NCBI GenBank assembly: GCA_041497675.1
Contig: JBGQGY010000094.1
Coordinates: forward strand, 1 to 15,385
Length of the DNA: 15,385 bases
DNA from: a bacterium
Lineage (GTDB): Bacteria; Sysuimicrobiota; Sysuimicrobiia; Sysuimicrobiales; Humicultoraceae
Direction of reading: 5' to 3'
Shown: positions 1 to 7,169 of the stretch, piece by piece
Numbering within the stretch: the first letter of the stretch is position 1
Layout of the letters: the number at the start of each line of letters is the position of its first letter
The notes under the pieces: model-generated
The model's input: only the letters and a program-made list of their open reading frames with translations
Told to the model about the DNA's origin: nothing
Databases searched by the model: none
Position numbers and translations under genes: made by a program

Positions 1-1
1 G

Positions 2-70
2 ATTCTGGGCGCGATCGTCACACACGGCATCGGGCTGTTCGTGCTAAGGTCGAGGCTGATGGCTGATTGA
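2..70 (+). CDS. 3' end of a probable hydrophobic/membrane protein (partial, runs off the left edge)
   Basis: Frame 2 is open from the window edge: ILGAIVTHGIGLFVLRSRLMAD, then TGA at 68-70. It is hydrophobic and on the same strand as the following genes, but too short to assign a family. Confidence 0.4.
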   Translation: MLGAIVTHGIGLFVLRSRLMAD

Positions 71-72
71 TC

Positions 73-92
73 AACTCGGTCCGGACCGAGTT
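73..92. repeat. Perfect 20-bp palindrome AACTCGGTCCGGACCGAGTT
   Basis: The sequence equals its own reverse complement. It sits in the 33-bp gap between TGA (70) and ATG (104). Confidence 0.9.
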
Positions 93-103
93 CCGGTGCA
101 GAG

Positions 104-433
104 ATGAAGGTTAGAGAGCAGCTGAACAAGAGGATCATTCCGATGTTTGGACTGATGCTCTTGTGTTTTGTACTCGTTGCCGTGGCATTGATGGTGGCGC
201 CAACCCAGTTGCTGTTGCTTCTTCCAGTCGCGGGGTTCGTTGTCTGTGTCTTTTTCCTGCAATATGGAATACGTTGCCCAAAATGTAACAATCCTGTTGC
301 GCAGCTTATCTATCTACACGGCGGCGGATACTTCCGGCTCTCGAAGAAAATCAGGTTTTGCCGATTCTGCGGTCTTGATTTCGATACGGATATCGAGAGC
401 GCCGGAAAGAGACAACGGGAATCAATTATCTGA
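104..433 (+). CDS. Small hypothetical membrane protein with a C-terminal zinc-ribbon-like pair of CxxC motifs
   Basis: 109 aa. Two hydrophobic segments (IIPMFGLMLLCFVLVAVALMVA; LLLLLPVAGFVVCVFFL) are followed by CPKC...CRFC. Confidence 0.7.
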   Translation: MKVREQLNKRIIPMFGLMLLCFVLVAVALMVAPTQLLLLLPVAGFVVCVFFLQYGIRCPKCNNPVAQLIYLHGGGYFRLSKKIRFCRFCGLDFDTDIESAGKRQRESII

Positions 434-452
434 GATGGTGATTTTCCGGCGC
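399..452. repeat. Inverted repeat/hairpin spanning the stop codon of ORF 104-433
   Basis: GCGCCGGAAA (399-408) and TTTCCGGCGC (443-452) are perfect reverse complements. An imperfect inner stem (AATCAATTATC-TGA-GATGGTGATT, with G-U pairs and a bulge) has the stop codon as its loop. Confidence 0.6.
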
Positions 453-478
453 AGCAGCGCCTCGAGGGGTGTTGGCCG

Positions 479-1186
479 GTGATGCCCGGAGGAGTGGCCA
501 CCACGCGACGCGCTATCGCTATCGCCATCGCGTTAGTCGCAGTCGTGGTCCTGACGGCTACGGTGAGCGCGCACAGTCCTTATGAGCACGTCGAACGGAC
601 GCTCACGGATGAATCCGGCCGGCAAATCCACTTGGTGAAGGCGTTTACGGACGGTATCTTCATGGCCGACCCTGTGAAGCTGATTCTGCGCGACTCCAGC
701 GGTACCGTCTTGGGGGAGACGGCGTACGGAAGGGATGTGTCCGTACTGTGCCCGAATCTTCGCAGCTGCTTTGCGTTCCGGTACGATGGACTGCTTTTCC
801 CCTGGCCCCCGGAAATCTGGAAAGTGGAGGGACCTCGTCTCGTGAGAACGACCGCGTTGTGGCTGTGGCCTGTTGGTGTTCTTCTTCCGCTAAAAGATCA
901 CTCGATAGAGTACCTAGTAGCGCTGGCGCTCCTGCTTGTCGCACTGGCCCCTTTGCGGGTTGCCTCGTCGGTACCTCCAGGCGGCCTCGGCGGGTTCGTG
1001 GCCGTTGCGATCGGGTTGCTCGGGATCCTCCTGCTTTTCGCCTGGCTCTACTTCGTCCTCCTGTTGTCCTACCTTTCGCTACCGCATGTGGCATTGCTTA
1101 TCGCGGCTGCAATCGTTTGCTATCGAGCTATCCGACGGAACGTGCGGCCCAAGGGCCCGAGCGCGAAGCCGTCTACCTCGCTCTAG
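479..1186 (+). CDS. Hypothetical membrane protein: signal peptide, extracytoplasmic domain and several C-terminal TM helices
   Basis: 235 aa from GTG 479 (start uncertain; ATG 482 and GTG 494 are also in frame). RR + AIAIAIALVAVVVLTATVSA|H resembles a Sec signal. Three to four hydrophobic segments lie near the C-terminus, followed by a basic tail. Confidence 0.7.
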   Translation: MMPGGVATTRRAIAIAIALVAVVVLTATVSAHSPYEHVERTLTDESGRQIHLVKAFTDGIFMADPVKLILRDSSGTVLGETAYGRDVSVLCPNLRSCFAFRYDGLLFPWPPEIWKVEGPRLVRTTALWLWPVGVLLPLKDHSIEYLVALALLLVALAPLRVASSVPPGGLGGFVAVAIGLLGILLLFAWLYFVLLLSYLSLPHVALLIAAAIVCYRAIRRNVRPKGPSAKPSTSL

Positions 1187-2022
1187 TGACACGGCGTAGA
1201 TTTCTCAAGGCAGTTCTTGCCAGCGCGGCGGCCAGCCTTGGGGTTGGGCTTTATGCATGGCAAGTCGAGCCTCATTGGCTCCAGATCGTGGAGCGCACCC
1301 TGCCGATTCGGGGTTTGCCCCCTGTACTCATCGGCCGGCGATTGGTCCACCTCAGCGACCTCCACGTGGGCCCCCGGGTTTCGGATACGTACATCCTCGA
1401 GACCTTTCGCCGCGTCGCGGCGCTCCGTCCGGAGATCGTCGTCTATACGGGTGACTTCATCAGCTATGAGATGCGTGAGCTGACTCACGCAGAGCGTATC
1501 TACCGCGACGTACCACGCGGCCGCCTCGGCACCATTGGGGTCCTCGGCAACCACGACTATGGGCGGCGCTGGTCCCATCCTGAAATCGCGGCTCGCCTGG
1601 CAACTCAGCTCCGAGCGTCCGGTGTCCAGATCCTTCGCAACGAGATCGTCGAGGTCGCCGGTCTCCAGGTTGTCGGCCTCGACGATCCGTGGGCCGGTCA
1701 GTTCGATCCTCACCGCGCGTTCGCCACGCTGGACCCGTTCCGACCGGCGCTCGCCCTCAGCCACAACCCCGACACCGTCGACGTTTCAGGTTGGGAGACC
1801 TACAAAAGTTGGATCCTCGCGGGGCACACGCACCGGGGGCAGTGCAAGCCGCCGTTCTTGCCGCCCCCGCTGGTGCCTGTGGAGAACCGGCGTTACACGG
1901 CAGGTGAGTTTGCCCTTAGCGGCGATCGGCGGATGTACATCAGCCGGGGCGTCGGGCACCTGCAACAGGTGCGCTTCAACGTGCGCCCCGAAGTGACGCT
2001 GTTCGAAATGCAAGCGACGTAG
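1186..2022 (+). CDS. Calcineurin-like metallophosphoesterase, YkuE/YaeI type, with a twin-arginine N-terminus
   Basis: Likely start is GTG 1186, sharing one base with the upstream TAG, giving 278 aa that begin MTRRRFLKAVLASAAASLG. Motifs seen: SDLH, TGDF, LGNHDY, SHNPD, GHTH(R)GQ, YISRGVG and RFNVRPEV. Confidence 0.92.
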   Translation: MTRRRFLKAVLASAAASLGVGLYAWQVEPHWLQIVERTLPIRGLPPVLIGRRLVHLSDLHVGPRVSDTYILETFRRVAALRPEIVVYTGDFISYEMRELTHAERIYRDVPRGRLGTIGVLGNHDYGRRWSHPEIAARLATQLRASGVQILRNEIVEVAGLQVVGLDDPWAGQFDPHRAFATLDPFRPALALSHNPDTVDVSGWETYKSWILAGHTHRGQCKPPFLPPPLVPVENRRYTAGEFALSGDRRMYISRGVGHLQQVRFNVRPEVTLFEMQAT

Positions 2023-2031
2023 TGTGGAGTG

Positions 2032-5000
2032 TCAGTGCCGGCCCTTTTGATCCGCGACCGGCGCTACGCTTTGGACCTTTCTGAGGAGGGCCCCGGGCGG
2101 GCCCACGTCAACCGGTACGCCGGCCCTGTAGGCGATCGCGTCGCCTGAACCCGCCGGCACGCGCGACCCCGGGAGCACAATGCCCACCAGGTTGAGCGGG
2201 TCGGCGGCCGGGATGACCACGAGGCGATCATCGTCTGTCGCGCGCCGCACGGCGCGCAGCGCCTCAACGGCCTCCGGCAACGCAAACTGCTCACCCACCA
2301 GCCCTGAGACGAACCGCCCGCCGCGGATCTCGCCCTGGGCTTCCCAGCGCCGGTAGACCTCGAGCAACTGCCGCCACGAAGGCGCGACGCGTTCGCGCGC
2401 CAGCAGGTCGCGCAGTACCACGCCGTAGCGCTTTAGGAACTGGCGAGCCAATACTTCCACGGTCGTGGCTCGGTCGAGTGACTCGCCGCCGGGATGCCAC
2501 AGCGCCCAGCGGCCGACAGGCAACGCCCTCGCATGCGGCACCGCCCCGATCGACCGCATCCGCCGATAGCGCCCGCGCGATCTCCTGCCTGCCTGCAAGA
2601 GCCGTCGCAATCCCGCGACACCGTCGCCGCTGACCAGACCGGCAGACACGAGTTCCCACAGCGCGTCTTCGACCTCCGACGGCATCCGGCGCGCGCCGCG
2701 GGCGATGTCGGCCATGAACGACGCGCCGCGCGCTTCGAGAAAACCCGCGACGTCGCGCGCGGCCGGCGAGACGCTTTCCAGAACCTTCGTCGCATCACCG
2801 CCACGTTCCAGAAATGCCGGCAGATCATCACGCAGGACGAAGGCGATCGGCGCATTCCGCGTCGGTGGTTGCCTCCGCCGGCTCTTTCGTCCGGCAGGCT
2901 CGCCGTTCTCGGGCGCCGCCCCTCCGGTTGGGGTCAACCGTCCCCAGGTGACCATGCCGGACAGGCAGAGATACTCAAGGTCGGCGGGGTCGTACGGCCG
3001 CACGCGCGCCGGTAGCACCTGCTCTTCCCACGCCGGCGCCGGCAGCTCCAGCCCCTGCAATTGCCCGATGATGTGGGCCACGCCGTCCCGACCGTGTAGC
3101 TGCGTGCCGGGTTGCACGTGCTGCCACCGAAACAGGAAGCGCATCAGGTCGGCGATCGCCACCGGTTCGATCTCACGCCGCAGGCGCCCCAGAGTCAGAC
3201 GATGGATGCGCGCCAGCAGCCGGCGTTCGCACCATTCGGTGTCGACGGCGCCCGGTGTGAAGCGACCACGCAGGATGGCGCCCTGGCCTTCAAGGACGGC
3301 GAGCGCCCGGTTGATCGCACCCTCCGCGAGACCGATGCGCGCGGCGAGCCGGCCGGCAGTGGTAGGGCCGGTGCACTGCAGCCATCCGTGGACGACGCTC
3401 CGCACGGCTTCGTCGGCGTCTGCGAAGGCGGCATCGACGAGCGCGCGTCGTTCGGTGGCGACGTACGCTTGGCGGGCGACTACGGCGCGTCCGCTCTCGA
3501 TCAGTTCGCGCGCGAACCCGGCCCAAGGACGGGCGTCTTCTACTGGCAGCAAGCCGACGGTCAATAGATGGTCGTGGAGCTCATCCGCGTTCCGGACGTC
3601 CGGCCAGGCTTGAGACTCCACATCCGCGATCGCCGCCGGGTCCAGCGCGCCGATGCCGCGGGCCAAATCGGGATCGGTCCGCCGCAGGGCGACCGCGCGG
3701 GCGCGTCGTTCCTCGAGTGGGGCGTCGTCCAAGAAGGCGTACGGGTTGGCGTTGAGGATCTCGTGCGAGATCGGCGACGGCGCCGGTGTGTCGACCGCCA
3801 CGGTGCGGATCTCGCCCCGCTCGATCGCCGCGATGACCTCGTGCAGACCATCCAGGTCCATGGCCTCACGCAGGCAGTTCCCAACCGTTTCATTCACCAA
3901 GGGGTGATCCGGCGGGGTGATCGATCCCATCCGGTTGTCCTGACAGCCGACCTGGTCGGGGAAGACCGCCGCGAGCAGGTCGTCGGCCCGCATCCGCTGG
4001 ATCGGCATCGGCACGCGGCGACCACCCGAGTACCGCAACAGCGCCAGCGAGCGCGTCGCGTTCCACCGCCAGCGATTCGTAAACATCGGCGAGGCGAGCA
4101 GCGCTTGGACGAGATCCTCTTCCATGGTGGCCGTCCGTACGAAGGCAAACACGCTTTCGAGCGGAAAACTGTGCTGTTCGCCCAGCGACAAGACGATCCC
4201 GTCGTCCGTCGCCGCCGCCTGCAGCTCGAAGTCGAACGTCAAACAGAACCGCTTGCGCAGCGCCAAACCCCACGCACGATTGATCCGGCTGCCAAACGGC
4301 GCGTGCACGATCAGCTGCATGCCGCCCGATTCATCGAAGAATCGCTCGGCGACGATCGTCTGTTGGGTCGGCACGCGCCCGAGGACGGCCGTTGTTTCGG
4401 CCATGTAGGCGACAAGTTGCTCGGCGCCGGCACGATCCACGCCGGTCTCGGCGAGCAACCACGCCGCGGCGGCCTCGCGGTCGCCCAACCGGGTCTCGAT
4501 GGCCCGCCGCAGATCAGAGACAGCGGCCGACAGCTCACGTGTCCGGCCTGGCGCTTCACCCACCCAGAACGGGATCGTGGGCAGCGCCCCGTGCGCGTTC
4601 TGCACGCGGACCTTCCCGGCTTCGACCCGGCGGATCTGCCACGACGCATTGCCCAGCAGGAAGATGTCGCCGGCCATGCTCTCGATCGCGAAGTCCTCGT
4701 TGACCTTGCCGACAAATGTACCGGCCGGATCTTCGATGACATCGTAATCGGCCACGTCGGGAATCGCGCCGCCCGAGGTGATCGCCGCGAGCCGCGCGCC
4801 CCGACGGCCGCGCAGCATGCCGTGGACCTGGTCGCGGTGGATGTGCGCGCTCTGCCGGCCCCGGCGCGAGGCGACGCCTTCGGACAACATCTCCAATACC
4901 TGCTCGAACTCGCGGCGCTCCAGGGCGCGGTAGGGATACGCGCGGCGAACCAGCGCCCACAGCGCGTCCTCCGCAATCTCCTGGCCGGCCACCGTCGCGA

Positions 5001-6258
5001 CCATTTGCTGGGCCAGGATGTCCAGCGGGCGCTCGGGGATATTTACACGGTCGAGCTCGCCGGCGCGCGCCGCCCGGACGGCGGCCGCCGACTGTGCCAG
5101 TTCGTCGCGCGTCAGCGGGAAGAGCATGCCCTTGGGGATGCTGCCCAACCAGTGGCCTGAGCGGCCGACTCGCTGCAGCAGCGTCGCCAGCGCGCGTGGC
5201 GCGCCGATGTGGCAGACGAGGTCGATGTCACCGATGTCGATGCCGAGTTCGAGCGACGCGGTGGCGACCACAACCGGTACCTGCCCGGACTTCAGCCGTT
5301 GCTCGGCCTCGAGGCGCGTGTGACGCGAGAGGCTGCCGTGGTGCGTAGCCACCCGCCCTTCACCGAGGCGCTGCGTCAGGTGATGCGAGACCCGCTCGGC
5401 CAGCCGGCGCGTGTTCACAAACACGAGCGTGGTGCGGTGCTCGCGGATCAGTTCGACCAACCGGTCGTAGGTCTCGGCCCACTGCTCGTGCGTCGTGATC
5501 GCGCCCAAGGGCTGGCCCGGGACCCAGACGGTGAGCTCCCACGGCCGCCGGTGACCGACGTCGACGACGGCGCAGTCGGGTGCGCCGCCGTCCGCGACCC
5601 GATCCGATCCGACGAGTAGCCGCGCAATCTCTTCAATAGGTTTCTGCGTCGCCGAGAGGCCGATCCGCTGGCAGCGCGCCCCGGTCAACAGGTCGAGACG
5701 CTCCAGCGAGAGGGCGAGATGGGCCCCGCGCTTGTCCCCGGCAATCGCGTGGATCTCGTCGACGATGACCGTGCGCGCTGTCTTGAGAAACTCGCGGCTC
5801 CGTTCCGCGGTCAGCAGGATGTACAGCGATTCGGGTGTGGTGATCAGGATGTGCGGCGGCCGGCGAATCATCAGAGCGCGCTCGCGCGCGGGTGTGTCAC
5901 CAGACCGCACCGCGACCCTGATCTCCGGCAGGACCGTCCCCTCGGATTCGGCGATCGTGCGGATGCCCCCCAGCGGCTCTTGCAGGTTTTTGTGGATGTC
6001 GTTGCCCAGCGCCTTCAACGGTGAGACGTAGACCACCGTTGTGGCGTCGGGCAGCGGACCACGGGACGCTGCTTCGATCAGACCGTTGATTGACCAGAGA
6101 AACGCGGCCAGAGTCTTGCCCGAACCGGTGGGTGCGGCGATGAGCGTGTCGCTGCCCTGGGCAATGCGCGCCCAACCGGCGGATTGCGGCGCGGTCGGTC
6201 CTGCGAACTGCTGCGTGAACCAGCGCCAGACCAAGGGGTGAAACCCGGGAAGATCCAT
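2032..6258 (-). CDS. lhr: Lhr-family ATP-dependent SF2 DExH helicase, long form with C-terminal winged-helix region
   Basis: 1408 aa. Motif I APTGSGKT, Ia YVSPLKALGNDI, TTPESLY, II DEIH, III SAT, FVNTRR, HHGSLS, ATASLELGIDIG and VI QRVGRSGH. Lhr-typical segments: PLDILAQQ, IPFWVGE, HAPFGSRINRAWG, DDAPLEERRARA, RYGVV and RGGRFV..GEQFALP. Confidence 0.93.
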   Translation of the reverse strand: MDLPGFHPLVWRWFTQQFAGPTAPQSAGWARIAQGSDTLIAAPTGSGKTLAAFLWSINGLIEAASRGPLPDATTVVYVSPLKALGNDIHKNLQEPLGGIRTIAESEGTVLPEIRVAVRSGDTPARERALMIRRPPHILITTPESLYILLTAERSREFLKTARTVIVDEIHAIAGDKRGAHLALSLERLDLLTGARCQRIGLSATQKPIEEIARLLVGSDRVADGGAPDCAVVDVGHRRPWELTVWVPGQPLGAITTHEQWAETYDRLVELIREHRTTLVFVNTRRLAERVSHHLTQRLGEGRVATHHGSLSRHTRLEAEQRLKSGQVPVVVATASLELGIDIGDIDLVCHIGAPRALATLLQRVGRSGHWLGSIPKGMLFPLTRDELAQSAAAVRAARAGELDRVNIPERPLDILAQQMVATVAGQEIAEDALWALVRRAYPYRALERREFEQVLEMLSEGVASRRGRQSAHIHRDQVHGMLRGRRGARLAAITSGGAIPDVADYDVIEDPAGTFVGKVNEDFAIESMAGDIFLLGNASWQIRRVEAGKVRVQNAHGALPTIPFWVGEAPGRTRELSAAVSDLRRAIETRLGDREAAAAWLLAETGVDRAGAEQLVAYMAETTAVLGRVPTQQTIVAERFFDESGGMQLIVHAPFGSRINRAWGLALRKRFCLTFDFELQAAATDDGIVLSLGEQHSFPLESVFAFVRTATMEEDLVQALLASPMFTNRWRWNATRSLALLRYSGGRRVPMPIQRMRADDLLAAVFPDQVGCQDNRMGSITPPDHPLVNETVGNCLREAMDLDGLHEVIAAIERGEIRTVAVDTPAPSPISHEILNANPYAFLDDAPLEERRARAVALRRTDPDLARGIGALDPAAIADVESQAWPDVRNADELHDHLLTVGLLPVEDARPWAGFARELIESGRAVVARQAYVATERRALVDAAFADADEAVRSVVHGWLQCTGPTTAGRLAARIGLAEGAINRALAVLEGQGAILRGRFTPGAVDTEWCERRLLARIHRLTLGRLRREIEPVAIADLMRFLFRWQHVQPGTQLHGRDGVAHIIGQLQGLELPAPAWEEQVLPARVRPYDPADLEYLCLSGMVTWGRLTPTGGAAPENGEPAGRKSRRRQPPTRNAPIAFVLRDDLPAFLERGGDATKVLESVSPAARDVAGFLEARGASFMADIARGARRMPSEVEDALWELVSAGLVSGDGVAGLRRLLQAGRRSRGRYRRMRSIGAVPHARALPVGRWALWHPGGESLDRATTVEVLARQFLKRYGVVLRDLLARERVAPSWRQLLEVYRRWEAQGEIRGGRFVSGLVGEQFALPEAVEALRAVRRATDDDRLVVIPAADPLNLVGIVLPGSRVPAGSGDAIAYRAGVPVDVGPPGALLRKVQSVAPVADQKGRH

Positions 6259-6264
6259 GACCCT

Positions 6265-6270
6265 ATCTTA
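6265..6270 (-). promoter_or_regulatory. Putative -10 element (TAAGAT) for a possibly leaderless lhr transcript
   Basis: The minus strand reads TAG-TAAGAT-AGGGTC-ATG, a TANNNT hexamer 6 nt before the lhr start. It could instead be only a weak RBS region. Confidence 0.4.
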
Positions 6271-7077
6271 CTAGCGGTTCCCCAGTTCGCGGGCCCGATC
6301 AGTGGCCTTCAACACGGCGTCGATCAGCGCGGCTCGGAACCCGCGCTCTTCGAGCACCGCGAGCGCCGCGGCAGTCGTGCCGCCGGGCGAGGTCACGCGG
6401 CGCCGCAGATCGGCGGGATCGGCGGCTGTCTCCTTGACCAGTTTGGCCGTTCCAAAAATTGTTTGCACCGCCATTTCCTTGGCTGTGTCGAGCGAAAACC
6501 CCACCTGGAGCGCGGCATCAACCAGGGCTTCCATCAACAGATACACGTACGCCGGTCCGCTGCCCGAGACGGCCGTCACCGCGTCCATCAGATCCTCGTG
6601 TACTTCGAACGTTTGGCCCACCAGATCGAACAACGCTCTCGCCGCCGTCCGATGCTCGTCTGTGACGTGGCGGCCGTAGGCCAGCGCCGTCGTCGACGCC
6701 CCGACGGCCATGGGCAGGTTGGGCATCGCGCGGACCACCGGTGTCTGATTGACGAAGGCTTCGACCGTCGCGCAGCGCACGCCGGCGAGCAGGGAGATGA
6801 TCAGGTGGCGGCCGGTGACGTGCGGGCCGAGGTCGGCCATAGCGTCCTTCAGATCCTGCGGCTTCACGGCCAGGATCAAGGTGGCGGCGCCGGCGGCCAG
6901 AGCGGTCTTGTCACGAACCGGCACGATGCCCAGCGACACGCGCAACTGCTCGAGCCGCTGAAACCGGCTGCGCGTGGTCACGAGAATGCGGCTGCCCTCA
7001 ACGCCGGCGGCCCGCAGGCCGCGGATCATGGCTTCGGCAGAGTTGCCGGCGCCGACGAAGCCAACGACGGTATCCAT
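6271..7077 (-). CDS. proC: Pyrroline-5-carboxylate reductase
   Basis: Likely start is ATG 7077 (268 aa, MDTVVGFVGAGNSAEAM). Motifs: Rossmann GxGN, ILAVKPQ, ISLLAGV, VRAMPN, TAVSGSGPAY and VTSPGGTT. Confidence 0.96.
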   Translation of the reverse strand: MDTVVGFVGAGNSAEAMIRGLRAAGVEGSRILVTTRSRFQRLEQLRVSLGIVPVRDKTALAAGAATLILAVKPQDLKDAMADLGPHVTGRHLIISLLAGVRCATVEAFVNQTPVVRAMPNLPMAVGASTTALAYGRHVTDEHRTAARALFDLVGQTFEVHEDLMDAVTAVSGSGPAYVYLLMEALVDAALQVGFSLDTAKEMAVQTIFGTAKLVKETAADPADLRRRVTSPGGTTAAALAVLEERGFRAALIDAVLKATDRARELGNR

Positions 7078-7084
7078 GACAACG

Positions 7085-7093
7085 AGTCTAACA
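7085..7093 (-). promoter_or_regulatory. Putative extended -10 promoter (TGt-TAGACT) for leaderless proC
   Basis: The minus strand reads TGT-TAGACT-CGTTGTC-ATG: a TGn + TANNNT element 7 nt before the ATG, with no Shine-Dalgarno at normal spacing. Confidence 0.55.
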
Positions 7094-7169
7094 TACACCT
7101 TGCCACGGCCAGGGTGACGGGGTGCTGCGTGGCGAACAGTAGATGATCCCACCAGGTCAGGGGAGAGCG

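Noticed and set aside
511..534. Hexamer tandem repeat CGCTAT-CGCTAT-CGCCAT-CGCGTT
   Set aside because: It is in frame and encodes the AIAIAIA hydrophobic core of a signal peptide. It is too short to suggest phase variation.
748..1185. N-terminal extension of the 424-aa phosphoesterase ORF
   Set aside because: It overlaps the better ORF 479-1186 in another frame and reads as non-coding. The family-typical start is GTG 1186.
1186..6258. Lhr plus metallophosphoesterase as the known Lhr/MPE/ligase/exonuclease DNA repair cluster
   Set aside because: The genes are convergent rather than co-transcribed. The phosphoesterase is YkuE-type with a Tat-like signal, the Lhr is the long form, and no ligase or exonuclease is present.
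7078..7152. Extended ORF-track starts for proC (7152) and the amidohydrolase (7143)
   Set aside because: They would overlap head-to-head and leave no promoter space. Domain boundaries and RBS/-10 placement favour 7077 and 7170.
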